From Camelus dromedarius (taxonomy: Eukaryota), in assembly GCF_036321535.1 (NCBI RefSeq), contig NC_087436.1, positions 37,574,001-37,638,000 on the forward strand: DNA of 64,000 nucleotides, given 5' to 3'. The number at the start of each line of letters is the position of its first letter. Position 1 is the stretch's first letter. The position numbers and the translations under genes were made by a program. Below are positions 24,441-37,220 of the stretch, in pieces. A model generated the notes under the pieces. That model had not been told where the DNA came from and ran no database searches. It saw nothing but the letters and a program-made list of their open reading frames with translations.

Positions 24441-24939
24441 CAAAATTCAAACTAAAAGAAAAATAACAACATTTTAACCTCTCTACCAGTTGAGTTCAAC
24501 TGCAATTTCTAATGTGCAAAAGGAAGTGGTGATTCATCTCAGCTCGTGATGGGCCCCAAAAGTGCTAAATTTCTCTTACTTTCCTTAATCACGGACTCCA
24601 AAGGGAACTGAGTGAGGTGGATTAACGACGTGGAGACTTGAAATTTTTCTGATACCTTTTAGTCTAATCATTTAGAATATATGACCCTTTACTAGTTTGA
24701 TGGTTTGCAAATTGAAAGTAAAAGTAATTAATTTATAAATTCATGTAGAATTAAGCAATAGACACATGAACCATAAACCTTGACTTATCGCATGAAGGAA
24801 AAAGTTAATTGTGGTGAATGTATTCAGTTTCAGAAATTAAAAAAACACACACACACACTAAAAAAGAATGTTCTGTTAAAAATGAGATATGTAGCATAGG
24901 TTTATGGAAAGGAAGAGCATGGGAAATATCTTGCGATAT

Positions 24940-25881
24940 GTATGGTTGTAAGTGTATGGCAGTATCATGTCCACTTCCCTAGCATTGAAGCCTGCAGCTT
25001 GGAGCAGGTTTCAGTCACGTTGGCACAGGTACAACCTGCAAGTCTGGCTTTGAGCCATGCCGTGTGCTTCAGGATGTGGGATGGGAAGCCCTTGAGAACC
25101 CACTCAGCACTCACATATGGATATCCTGGAAATGCTGGAGAGTTAATACCCATGGGGCATGCTTGACCAATGAAGGATGGGGCTGATGGAATGCTTCTCT
25201 CTTGATGAGCAGTTCATAAGGCTCCTCAGAAGGTCCTGCTGAATGGAACATCAAGTGACCATAGCAGAAATCAACACATCCTTATGTCAACTTTCCCTCC
25301 CTCTCTGATTGACTCCTTGTCCTAGTTATCTATCACTGTGTAACAAGTTACCTCAACACTCAGTGACTTAAAACAACAAAGTTTTATTCTCACAATTTCC
25401 ATGGTCAACAAATCAGAAGCAGTTTCAAGTGGGTGGATGCAGTTCAAATGACAGCCAGGGTTGCATTCATCAGAAGGCTTGACTGGGGCTGGAGGAGCCA
25501 CCTCTAAACTTACCCATGAGATAGTGAACAGGACCCCCACTTCCTCACAGTAGTTGGCTTTCTCCAGCGTGAATGATCCTGGAGAGAGGGTGAGGGAGAG
25601 TACAAGCAGGAAGCTAGTGTCTTTCATCACCTAGCTTTGGAAGGGACATCCCATCACTTCTCTGTGTGCTGTTGGCAACATAGATCAATCTTGGTGCAGT
25701 GTGAGAGGAGACTACACACAAAGGTAAATGCCAAGGGATGGGGAACATTGGGCAGTCTCGGGGGCTGGCTGCCATGCTTCCTCTACCTCTCATTCATGAT
25801 CCCTGGGGCCACTTCCAAACACTACTCATACAACAGCCTTTATCCGAGGCTCTGCTCTCAGGTGGAAACTATGCTAGGACA
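24940..25881 (+). mobile_element. ERVL LTR16-like element split by an MLT1 insertion
   Basis: GGAAATGCTGGAGAGTTAATACCCATGGGG...TTGACCAATGA...GGCTCCTCAGAAGGTCC; resumes ~25777 and ends GAGGCTCTGCTCTCAGGTGGAAACTATGCTAGGACA. Confidence 0.7.
25318..25776 (-). mobile_element. MLT1 LTR (MLT1F-like) nested in LTR16
   Basis: TGTCCTAGTTATCTATCACTGTGTAACAAGTTACCTCAACACTCAGTGACTTAAAACAACAAA...GAAGGCTTGACTGGGGCTGGAGGA...CAGTGTGAGAGGAGACTACAC. Confidence 0.85.
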
Positions 25882-26860
25882 AGGAATGATTTTTCTCTGT
25901 CATTTTTGTCAGTGAGGTGGATCTGTATGTGCGTGTGTTGATACAGAAAGATTTCTGTTATATATTATCAAGTGCAAAAAGCAAGATAAAAAATTGTTCA
26001 GATATATGCATACAACCACAAGAGTATAAAAGAAATGTAATGATAGCTAATAGTATTTATTTGGGGGAGAAGGTGAGGGAGAAAAAAGCTTATTCATTTT
26101 AATTTTCTTATTCTCAGCACTATTTAAATTTTTGAAACACTTTTGTGTTCTTTTGAAAAATAACTTTTGAGGAGGTGGTGAGATTGTGGGTAATTTTAAA
26201 TTTCTCTATAACTTTATGTATTAAAAGGATAATAGTATTTTTAAAAAACAGTAACTTTAACAGTGAGAAAAAAACATTTTCTGTAAGGAACTATAGAAGA
26301 TGTTCAAGAGAAGTGTCAATTCAAACAATCCCAGGGGCCCTCTGTTCAGTCTTTCCAGGCATTGAGCTGCGGTGTTGACCTGATTATTTCACACCCAAAG
26401 AGAAGCTGAGAGGCATTCCACTTCTATGAGGAACCCATGCCCAGGGCACAGCACACTTCCTGTCATTGTGCTGGCTGTCCACTCTCAACATTAAATCAAA
26501 CTGGGAACACCATGCCTCACAATTTGCCCTTGCCCTCTGCAATTCTCCATACCTTTCCAATTAAATTAAAATCCTTTGACACTATGGTACCAAGATAGTG
26601 CAAATTCCTGTATGAAGCAATCGATACTTGGTTCCTATTATTTTCTCAAAGAACAGGTAAAAGTTCTTATCTTGGAAATGACAGGCCAAAGTGTCTGGAG
26701 AAGTAGGTGATAAAGTGAAGAGCGGCTCTCTGCATCCTTCCTAGCCCAGTCTAACCCAATTAGGGCCAGTGAAACAAGGGACAAACAACCAGAAGATTCC
26801 TGGAAATCACTAGGCGTCTCCCGGACGGCCCACCGCTTGGTAGTTGAACTGCTGTGGAGA

Positions 26861-26880
26861 GCTGCCACCAGGTGGTGCCA
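26861..26880. promoter_or_regulatory. Candidate CTCF binding site
   Basis: GCTGCCACCAGGTGGTGCCA; one mismatch to CCASYAGRKGGCRS on either strand; lies in a local CpG-retaining patch. Confidence 0.55.
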
Positions 26881-27629
26881 AACCGTGGTTGGGACCCAGG
26901 GGATTTGGATTATGCCTCCTGATGCCTTTGTCAACTGGATGTGTAAATTCAACAGGCAATTCACAAATCCTGCAGGACCCACCCTGCATTTTAATCTTGA
27001 CTTTTAAAAGCCCCACCCACCTAGTTGTAACAAGATTTTATTATCATAACTAAAAGATGTCTCTGATAGCCAGGATGATCTCTTAATAATGGTAACTAGC
27101 CTGTTTCATTTGATTATAGTTGTAAGGAATGGAGGAGACAGACCAAAAAGACTACAAACTTTCCCAAATCTTTTTTTCCCCCCAAAGAATAAAAAAGCTA
27201 ATTTTAGAAAATAAACATCTTTCCTGATTATAGGAATATTTCTCAAGAAGCAAGTTAATTTCCTACAATTTAAATTGCAAATCCAAGTGTGTCCTTGCCA
27301 AGTTTCCTGTGTTGTCAGTGAGGAACAGGGACACCTGTGACTAAGGCATCATTTGTGCTTTGGGTGTTCTGAGCCACGACCACAGTGCTGTTTCCATTCT
27401 GACACATGGACACTAGCAAGGCTTTTTATTGTGGTCAGTACTGGAGCCTGCTAATATCTGGAGTGCTCATTTCAGTCAGTAGATCGGTTGATACCTTCCC
27501 ACTCCTCAAGTCTGAATCTCATCAACGTGATAAAATTCAAAATATGATGTAACTACAGACAAAAAATGTTGAAATATATTTTCCCCCCAAACTGCCTAAC
27601 TTCGCCTATAAGTTTTGACTCCTAAAAAT

Positions 27630-27947
27630 TATAGGTTTGGTGGGCAGTGATTGGAAAATTAGGTGAAAGGGTCAAAGGTATAAATTTATTTATATATCTA
27701 ATAAACTTATATCTTTATAAGATAAAGAAGTCCTAAGGATGTAATGTACACCATAGTTGTTGAGATTAAAGACAGTTGATCTTAAAGAAAAAAATGTTTA
27801 TAAATCTATGAAGTGATGGATGTTAGCTAACCTTATGATGGCAATCATTTTGTACTAGTATACACATATATCAAATCGTATGCTGTATACCATAAACTTA
27901 CACAATGTTATGCGTCAACTGTATCGCAACAAAACTGGGGAAAAAAA
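27630..27947 (+). mobile_element. L1 3' end (L1MA8/9-like)
   Basis: AAGTCCTAAGGATGTAATGTACACCATAG...GTGATGGATGTTAGCTAAC...ACAATGTTATGCGTCAACTGTATCGCAACAAAACTGGGGAAAAAAA. Confidence 0.85.
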
Positions 27948-29079
27948 TCAAGAGTCCACCATACTCTTCTGGATGCCCCTCATGGTGAAGCTGTGTATCC
28001 TCAGACTGATGCGTATCACTTGGATTTTCATTTTTACCTTCTTACAGCAACTCTGAATATATAGTGGATTTGAGAAAGCATAGAAGGCAGTGGACAGCAT
28101 GAATAAAGCTAAGAAAATGTCACTAAAAATATCCTCGCCAGCAACAGAAAGACCACAAATTTAAATTCTATGCAAATCCAATTCCTTTTACTCATTTACC
28201 CTTAACTCCTTTTAATCAAATGGGACAGAGAAGTAAATGTTAATAATATAGGTAAATTTATATATCAGGTTTTCTCAGTTTTGTCTTCTGCAGTGAAAAG
28301 TCTTGAACCACAGAGAGAGGAACTCTTCCTCCTTTTCTGTCCCCTCCCACTCTTTTGGCTGGGAAATACATCACCTTCTTTTGGGCCAAACCATGCATAT
28401 CCCACTCTTGATTCAATTAATTATTTCCATAATCGTCATAAAATATAATCATAAAACCTCTCTCCACCACTTCAAGTTTTTCATTCTGGAAATTGAAGAA
28501 GAAAAAATTGTTTATGTGAGTTCCCTCTTTGTGCATGATTTAGATTTGCTCTTTGGAAAACCTTCTCAAAGATTTTTGTGGTAGCTCGGCCTCTTAACTG
28601 AAAGTTCTTTTAGACATAGAGAGTAATTATTTACATGTGGTTTTATCTAGAGAAATTTTTATAAAGTACTATTTGGAAATTGATATGAGGATATCAGTAT
28701 ACATGTAAATAAGAAATAAAAAATTATTTTCTTAGCCGCATTCCAAAAGTTTCCACATTCCACATCTCCCTTGAGGGAGATTCAGTTTTGGGGTTGAGGC
28801 TCTGAGAAGCCTCTTTGGAGTTTCCGAGGCTGTAGTTTTGAGATAAACTGAGAAGGAGGACAGAGAGCTCTACTGTTCTGCTTAAAAAGAGTGCAGAGAG
28901 AGATACAAGACTTCACAGGGGAGAGATGGCGAGAGGGAGACCCAAAGGCTGGTCATCAAAAGAGAAGGAGATAATTTTAATGTGATTCTGGAGTGAAAGA
29001 CTGTATGTTGCCTGATGCAAGTTCTCCTATAGTCTCCTCTACAAAATCATTAGTAAATTTACATTGCACACTCATGCCT

Positions 29080-29427
29080 TACAGAGAAGAATAGAATTGC
29101 AATTTGGGATATGCAGGCTACCGAAAAACCACAGGCAAATTGGCAAATCTGGCAGAAAGGGAGGGGAACTTTATGGAGAAAATGGAGGAAATTGAGAGGG
29201 GCTGCTTTGAACAGAAGTCCATTGGAGGAAAGTGAGAGGTCAGGGTGGTGACAGTTTCTCATTGGCTGGGGCTGTTGCTGGTCAAGGAGAAAATTTTCTT
29301 TCCTCCAGCAGGAGATGCAGGGTGGGTCTCTTCCCATTTGCGGTCTGTGATGGCAATGAGGGGTGGAGCCTGACAGCTCCCTCTTCAGGACTCCATCTTA
29401 AGTGAACCTTCCTCTTATTAATTTTCA
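29080..29427 (-). mobile_element. ERV LTR (ERV1-like), probably partial
   Basis: Minus strand starts TGAAAATTAATAAGAGGAAGGTTCACTTAAGATGGAGTCC (LTR-like start with AAGATGGAGTC); two CCAAT boxes on the minus strand (ATTGG at 29221 and ~29261). Confidence 0.6.
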
Positions 29428-30347
29428 TGGGGTCAACTAAACAGTGGAATGCCATTAGTAGTAAAACTTGTCTTGACACCCAAACTCTTCTGTGTTTTTC
29501 ATCCTTCCGATCTGGCCTTCACCTCAACCCTCCAACAAAACAGCTCTTGTCAAGGTCACCCAATGAACTCCACTTTTTAAAATCCAGTGGGAGATTTTCA
29601 GGCAGGTAACTTGATTTGTCTGATCCTCTCTCCTCCTGGATCTAGTTTCTTCACTTGCCTTCCAGCGCACCACACACTCTGGTTAAGTAGACGCTTCCTG
29701 CCGGCCTTCTTCCCCTGATTCCTTTTTTACCCCATCCTTTTAACATTGGCACACCCTGGGGTTCAGTTGCTGGGTCTTTTCTGTACTTACTGTGTTCACA
29801 ATATGTCATCTAGTCTCAGGGCTTTAAGTGCCCGTCCATATGCACATACTTCCCACATCAATACATCTGACCTGGACTGCCCTCCTTAACTCCCAGCTAA
29901 TAAACACAGCCACCTACTTACTGGCTCTACTTGGATGCATATTAACTGTAATATATCACAACCCGACCTCCTCCTCACATAGGCTTCCTCATCTCAGGAA
30001 TTGACTAATACCAGTTAGTTACTAACACAGTCCATCCAGTCACACCAAAACCCCTGAGGTCATCCTTGAATTATCCTTGTCTAATATCTCATGTCCATTT
30101 CATCAACAAATCCTACTGGGATTCAGATTATACCCCACCAACACGACCCTGATCTGAATCTTTGGTTCTAAATAACCTCCTGACAGGTCCCCTGTTTATA
30201 CTTTTGTCTCCTAGAGTTGATTCTCAACATAACCACTAGAAATATTCTTTTGTAAACAAAATCAGATTATGTTTTTCCCCTCCTGAAAACTATCCAATGT
30301 CTGTCAGTGTCTCCCAGAGTAAAAGCCAATACTTTTTAACATTTTTT

Positions 30348-30474
30348 ATTTTGAGGGGGGGGGTAATTAGGTTTATTTATTTATTTAAATAGAGATACTG
30401 GGGATTGAACCCAGGACCTTGTGCATGCTAAGCATGCACTCGACCACTGATCTAGACCCTCCCCACTCCCACAG
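30348..30474 (-). mobile_element. Camelid Vic-1-type SINE
   Basis: GGGGTAATTAGGTTTATTTATTT...TACTGGGGATTGAACCCAGGACCTTGTGCATGCTAAGCATGCACTCGACCACTGA; 16-bp TSD with 2 mismatches at 30332-30347 and 30475-30490. Confidence 0.93.
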
Positions 30475-30490
30475 CCTTTAAACATTTTTT

Positions 30491-30710
30491 TGCATTCTTT
30501 TTTATTGACGTATAGTCAGTTTACAACATTGTGTCCATTTCTGGTGTACAGCATAGTGTTTCAGTCATACATGAACATACGTATATCCCTTTTCATATTC
30601 TTTTTCATTATAGGTTCCTACAAGATATTGAATATAGTTCTTTGAGCTATAAAGTATAAACTTGCTGCTTATCTATTTTATATATATAGTAGACAGTATC
30701 TGCAAATCTC
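30491..30710 (-). mobile_element. 5'-truncated artiodactyl/camelid L1 3' end
   Basis: TTTTATTGACGTATAGTCAGTTTACAACATTGTG...TTTCTGGTGTACAGCATAGTG...TACAAGATATTGAATATAGTTC. Confidence 0.88.
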
Positions 30711-32422
30711 TCCTTTAAAGGCCAAGAAGCCCTCTACAATCTGCCCCTCCTACCCCTCCAACCTCTACTCTTCTCTCCCTTTAGCATGCCCCCTCCTAGG
30801 GCCATGCTCTTGCTGTTCCCTCTGCCTGGAACAGTCCCCTCCGGATAGCCACATGCTCACTTCCTCACCTCCCCTGTATCTTGGCTTGAACATCACATCA
30901 TCAGTAGCGCCTCTTCTAACTACCAAATCCCACACCCCCACCACTTCTAGGTTTTACGTTTCTGCATATCATTTATCAACATCTGACACGTTCTACATTT
31001 CACTTCCCTGCTAATGTTCTGTCTCTCCAGTTAATCTTATGTTCCACCAAGGCATGGAATTTCATTTTGTTTGCTTCTGGTTCCCACCTAGAACAGTGCC
31101 TGGCGAACAGTATGTGATCATAGAGACTGGCTGAGTAAATGAATGAATGAATGAATGAATGACAAAAAATAAATTGCTATTTCTATTACATAACCTTCTC
31201 GCTCCCTCCAAAGAGAGGCATTTAGTTAATAATGTTACTCTGTGTAGGCAGTTTCAAAGATACATTTCCCCTCCACTCATCTGTATGCATCATGGTTTTA
31301 TCTTACATGTTTCAAGACATTTAAGTATTTAAAATAAACAAAGTTGATGAGGAAAAAAAGCCAACAAGAGCTAAGGTTTCCAGAATATTACATATAAATG
31401 AAAATCTGAATAGATAATGACTGTAAAAGATTTTGGGGAAAATCACTTTGGGGGGATATAAAATCAAAGCAAACATTTAAAAAATTTAAACAGGTAGAAA
31501 TAGACATGTTTTTAAAAACTGAAGCCAGGTGAAAAATTTTCATTCCTGTTATTGATCTGCTATGACATTTTTAGGTTATAGGTAATATAGTAATTTGAAG
31601 CCAAGAGAGGCTTTACTTAAGCCAAGAAATGCTTTAGTTCATCCACATAATGCCAACAGGAAGAGTTCTGAGATAATTACAGTGACATCCAATAGCCTCT
31701 GACCAACCTTAACAAAGTGTGATGATATGTCTCAGACACCATTTTTCTACTAAGACATTAACAATATCTAAGCCAAGGATTGAGCAAAGGGAAACTTCAG
31801 TATTAAATGGGGAAATTCCACTTAAGTATCACTTTAATCAATGGAGACATGAAACCTTTGTTTGTTTGTTTGTCATATGAATATCAATTTAGGAAATGTA
31901 TTTTATCAATAATTTACCTATAAATGAATTAAATCAATTTGGGATTTTCAACTGGAACTTTGTAAAAGATATCCCAGAGATTTTCTTCTTTCACGAAAGG
32001 AATATTTAAGATTGTCCTCAAAGGGCTAGTTTTCAATAACTTGAGCTTAATGCTGGGAATCCCAGTGGCTGCGATGGTTGAATGTAGGTTTAAGTTTGCT
32101 AATAATGAGGAGAAACAGCAAGTGGAAGATAGCAGATAAACCAGAGGGTAAATCTGAGAATATCCAGCTTCCTTTACTGCCAAATCTGTTGAATGCTGTT
32201 TGTGTCTACCAACCCCAGAGGCTTCTGGGAACTAAAAATATCCTGGGGATAAGTGAAGCCCTGCCTCCGTCCCCAGGTTTACTTTCTTTGTCTTAACCTT
32301 GCTCTACCCGCCTGTCATCTCCTCCTTGCCTATCATGCTGGAATCATATCCTTCCAGAAGCACTCTGAGTTAAAATGACAAGCATGTTATGCATGCACAA
32401 CTCACCACACACATGCACACAA

Positions 32423-32462
32423 GCATACACATGCGCACATGCATGTGCACGTGCACACACGT
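32423..32462. repeat. 40-bp perfect alternating purine-pyrimidine tract
   Basis: GCATACACATGCGCACATGCATGTGCACGTGCACACACGT. Confidence 0.9.
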
Positions 32463-34576
32463 CTTATGCTATGCTGATACGTGTACATTTTATACTCCGT
32501 TTCTATATGGTGCTTCCATAGACAATAGTACCAATAAACTAGTTTATAGATCCTATGACCAGCATTGGCAGAAGCTGAAAAATGAAATATTCAATCCACA
32601 TCTATTGCAATTTCATTTGTCAACTATACCTCAACAAAGCTGGGGAAAATAAATTAAAATACGTATTTTTCAGATTGAAAAACAAAGCAATAAGTTAACA
32701 GGATTTTTAATTATATGCAATACATTAATGTCAAATCATTGAGGAAATGTTATTCTATGTTAGGACATAAAGATAAGCTACAGAGTATAATCTGCTTGAG
32801 AGGATTCTTTGTTGAAATTGTTATTTTTTTTCTACGGGGTTTAAATTTCTTTTATCTCAATATTTTGGCTCATGGAATTTTTTTCCTCTTTTTTCTTCGA
32901 ATGCTTGTCTCCTGAAATTGTAGAAATTGATGTTTTACTTAATCTATTTATAAGTATATTTGGAACTTTTTCAGCAAATGGTTTGTGAAAGAAAGTAGAG
33001 ACTCACAGGTGGAAAATTTACACGAGAGCGTGTGTTTCTCTAAGGCAATATTCAGGGTAGGTTCTAAACTCAGCACAAGTTGAAGTTCCCCCGGGTCACT
33101 GCACTGTGCTGTGGGAACTGTACCCCGAATGAACATCCTCACCCTTCATAGGAAGTGTAGACGGATGTTTTCACATCTAACCACCAGGCTCGTTTCTCAT
33201 GCCAGATTTTATAAAATTCCCTGCATTTTAATTGCCCGAATTAAAGGGTTAGAAGAGCAGTCATGGTAAAGTTTCCCACAAAAATCATCATCCATTCTTA
33301 ATTTTTCATGCATCAGGTTGGGGGATTGGCCGTCTAGTCCAAGTCTCCAAAGTTCTAGCACTGTCCTTGACACATGAATTAGTTAGTGTATAGCCAAAGT
33401 GGATTGTGCACGTGCATTTCTGTCATCTAAACGTCTTCTGTTACTTTGAAACTCTTTAGCAACTCTTTTGAATGTTTGGCACCCAGTGGCCAATTTTGAA
33501 AGACCTTTATGTCAAAAGAAAAAATACTTTTTAAAGGAAGCACAAATGAAATAACCAACAACATTCTCTATGCCCTGGCAAAAGGTTGAACTCAAAGAGT
33601 TAAATGAAACATTTCATCCAGAAAGTGCCACGATGATGTGGATGAAATGAAAGTAATCTTTATACGAGGGGAAAAAAAAATCTAGCCCCTCAGAAATCTT
33701 ATAAATGCTTACTAGTTAAGTCTTTAAACTATGAGTCATGCCCCACGATCAGTGAAGTATTCCTCCTCAGCTTTCAGTAACCATGAAGGTAGTTTTTATA
33801 AAAGTAGTTTTTACCCTCCCCGTAGTGATAACTAGAAAAGATAAACTCCCACACAAGGCAGCGGTGGAGGGAGCGGGGGAGGAGGTTACGATCTGCGTGG
33901 GAAGCTGTAGGTTGTCGGGACGCTTCACAGTCCAAGATGGGGCTCCCACTCATCTAACTTCCGCAGTTACCTGCTACTTTTTAGTGGCTTCATCGGTCTG
34001 TTCTCTCTCTCTCCCTCTCTCCCTCTAATTCAACCCATGTTCAAAAAACAGCTTACAGTTCTCATTAAAACCCTTGAGTCTGTATCAACTTGCATCAGCA
34101 AATGGAATAAATTATTAAGACCTTCTTCACACACATTTTGTCATGCAAGCCATGTGTTCCTGTAAATATCTTATTGAAATGTTCCACGTAAAAACAAAGA
34201 TGCTGTGTCATTCAATGTATTAAATTCAGCATTTCATTTGAAAGTCTCCCAGGCCTTGGGTCACCGTGTTTATAGTTTCTGCCAAAGAAATCACTTCTAT
34301 CTCGGCATCATTCAGTTTAAGAATGTAGCCACAAATTACCTTCACAGAGAATGCACTCTCCCACAGAAACACTTCCCATTCCGGAATTAATCTTCTGAAG
34401 GCTATTTTTTTCCCCTCTTAAAACCGAGTGAATTAGCCTTTTAATATTTATTTAAAATGTCCACTAGCCTTCATACTATTAAAGACCAAACAATTTGAAA
34501 CTTCCATATTATGCATGTTTTATGTAAATGTATTTGTATGTGTATTTGTGTTTTTATGTGTATTTTGTGTTTGTGT

Positions 34577-34608
34577 ACACACACACACACACACAGACAC
34601 ACATACAT
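34577..34608. repeat. (CA)n microsatellite, imperfect
   Basis: ACACACACACACACACAGACACACATACAT. Confidence 0.9.
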
Positions 34609-37220
34609 AGAAAGGCAAATAAAGTGAAATATAAAACAGAAGTCCCACAGCTTTTCTGTTATTTTTATAATCCCCCCACCACCAGAAAAGGTCTCTGGTG
34701 GGCACTGAAGATCTGGCAGACGGAGATGACCCCGGGGACCCGTGGCTTCCCTAGAGAGCTCTGACAAGATTGAAAGGCCGTGCCTGTCGCTGTGGAGGCC
34801 CCTTTGCTCCTCGTGAATATGGGGCGATTAAACCGAGTGCAAGGCTTCCTTCCCCGACCCAGCGCCTGACACCACAACCTGGGGAGGTACTTCCTCTTTT
34901 GCCCCAACTTTGGCTCAAGTTACTTTGGCCTAATTTCTAGAAATTAGTGCCTCTCCAGTTATCGCCCCAGTTGTATCTGAGAACCCAAGGCCGCCGTGTC
35001 ATGTGCCCTCAGGTGTTCCGCTTCCAGCAGACTTGTCCTGCAGTCACTCAGCTGCCGTGGCTGAGCGCGCCTCACAGGCTTCTGTCCTCAGAGACCACCT
35101 GCCCTCCAGTGTGACTGTGCTGGTGCCCCCGATGGCCCTGGGAGGGTGCTGCTCTCCCTAATTTTCATAGTACAACGAGGACCAGGAAGTAAGTTTTATC
35201 AAGAATGTCCTGAAGAGTTAAAGATAACACACACCTAGCTCAAAAAAGGAGTTTACGACTGCTATTAGAACCCCAAAGATGACCTTTATATAACTCTGGG
35301 CGGCCTGCAGGTGAGGGCAGCTTAGCCCCTGCATCATAGGACCCTCAGACAGCCTCACCGCTGTGTCCGGTCTCCGCGAAGGGGAATGTTCTCTTTTGCC
35401 CACGCTGACTGGCAGAAAGCCTGCTCTGTTCTACTTACTTTATAGGCTTTAATCATCACCTTGCAATAGTGATAATAATAATAATAACCACCACCATAAT
35501 AATCCATTTTACAGCTGAGGACAGTAAGGCCCAAAGAGCTTAAAAGTCATCTTGCTCAAAATCACAAAGCCAGGATTTGAAGACCAGACTCCCTCACTTC
35601 AGGAATCTAGACACAAAATTCTGGGAGTGTTCAGAGCAACAACCTCAAACATGATTTAGTAAAATTCTGACAGATTATTGGGTGAAGGAGACACAGGGGC
35701 CTTGGCCATGATGAAGGCACCAGGCAAGGGAGCTAACAGCCCAGACTCTGGATGGGCTAGGAGAGAGAGCTGCGTCTGAAACGGCACCTGCTGTTTTAAC
35801 ATCTTTGCGGTGTTAATGTTCATGCACTCTGAATCCAGAAGAAAAGACGCTCCTCTAGCCACCCCGCCGCCACATCTGCCTCCTCTTGTGGCAGGAAAAC
35901 AGAAGATCCTAATACTGGACCCCCAATACCATGAGCAGCAGGGAGGGAAGAGAGAGAGATGATGTTATTTCTCTTGTCTTTAAGTGTCCTTCCTATTCCA
36001 AAGAAAGTCCGCTCTTACAGGTAAGCAGCAGGTGAGCCATGCTTCATCAAATGGCTTGGACTATGCAGGTGAATATTATACATCTATATATTATACACAT
36101 CAGAAGTCAGAAGTTACAGTGCTGCTCTGCAGAGATGTGGAAAGTGATGCAAATGGTATAAAGCCAAAAGCCAGAACCTGGGGACCCAACAGCTAAGGCT
36201 GAGGAGATGAGACGTGAGCTCTGTAGGAGGATGTTCACCACAAGAGAGAACAGAAGTCACGGGTGAAGAAGAAATAGCGGGTCTACTCCTGGTGCGCAGC
36301 CGGCAGTCAAGCAATAAGATCCCGGAGAGTTGCTCATCAGTGAGACAGGCAAAAATGCACTTTCTCTTTGCCTCAAAAATATGAGCGGCAGTTGGTAGTT
36401 GTGACTGTTTGACACAATTAAACTCACTGCAGATGGTATAAGTCTTTGCACTGTCCTGTAGATTGTACAACTACTCTGAAAATACAGCCGTTTGAATGGC
36501 CCATTACTTCATTTCTTCCATTCCCTCAAATTACTTGATGCAACAGCTTCGTCTTCAAGTCATAGCACGTTTACCTTCAAGATTCTGCAAGCGCTTAGCA
36601 GCAATTATAGTGACAATTCCCATAGAATTTATGAATTGTGTGCTCAAGTTAAGGTCTGAGCTGAGAAAGTGGAATTCCCTTATGAGATTTTATTGCAGAA
36701 ATCTCTATCCTAACAACACGCTGCCATCTTCAAGGCGATTAATCCAGGCCCAAGGTGGCACACTTCTTCCCCAGTCAGGGCATAAAGATGATGACTAAAG
36801 ACGTACAAATATTCCTAAACAACATATCTGAGCTCTAAGTATGACTAAAGTTGACTTCATGATCTTAAATTCACAGACGAACAGCTTTTAAACAGAGCTT
36901 CCAGAGTTGCACAAGCATCACCTGCCACACAGCAATCCTGTCTAAAGGACAGTGTCCACAGCGCGACCCCAGAATCTGCTCTACCTGAAAAGACCTTCCC
37001 GGGGAAGTTACATTTTTGTTAAAGTCTCCAGACTCTGATCCAATACGACTTAGTGCTTTTGTTCAACCACACACATGCACGATCTCAAATCATCCTTTCA
37101 TTGGTCAACATTGCTAACAAATGACAAAGGGATGAAATCATACTCACTGAGGGAATTATTCCAGGTCAGAGATTGACTGTGATTTTCACTTAATTCATAT
37201 TATATATTTTATATAAGTAA

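Larger units (their letters stand above)
29500..31162 (+). mobile_element. Long L2 (ORF2 RT remnant to 3' tail) hosting nested L1 and SINE
   Basis: TCTGGCCTTCACCTCAAC...ACAGCTCTTGTCAAGGTCACCCAATGA (SGF...TALVKVTN motif); 3' end CCTAGAACAGTGCCTGGC...(GAAT)n tail at ~31139-31162. Confidence 0.88.

Noticed and set aside
35118..35140. Second CTCF site (TGCCCCCGATGGCC)
   Set aside because: The core spacing is one base short of the consensus, giving several mismatches in either register.
36114..36798. Overlapping ORFs as a possible processed pseudogene
   Set aside because: None of the translations I examined resembles a protein I know, and there is no poly(A) tail or TSD.
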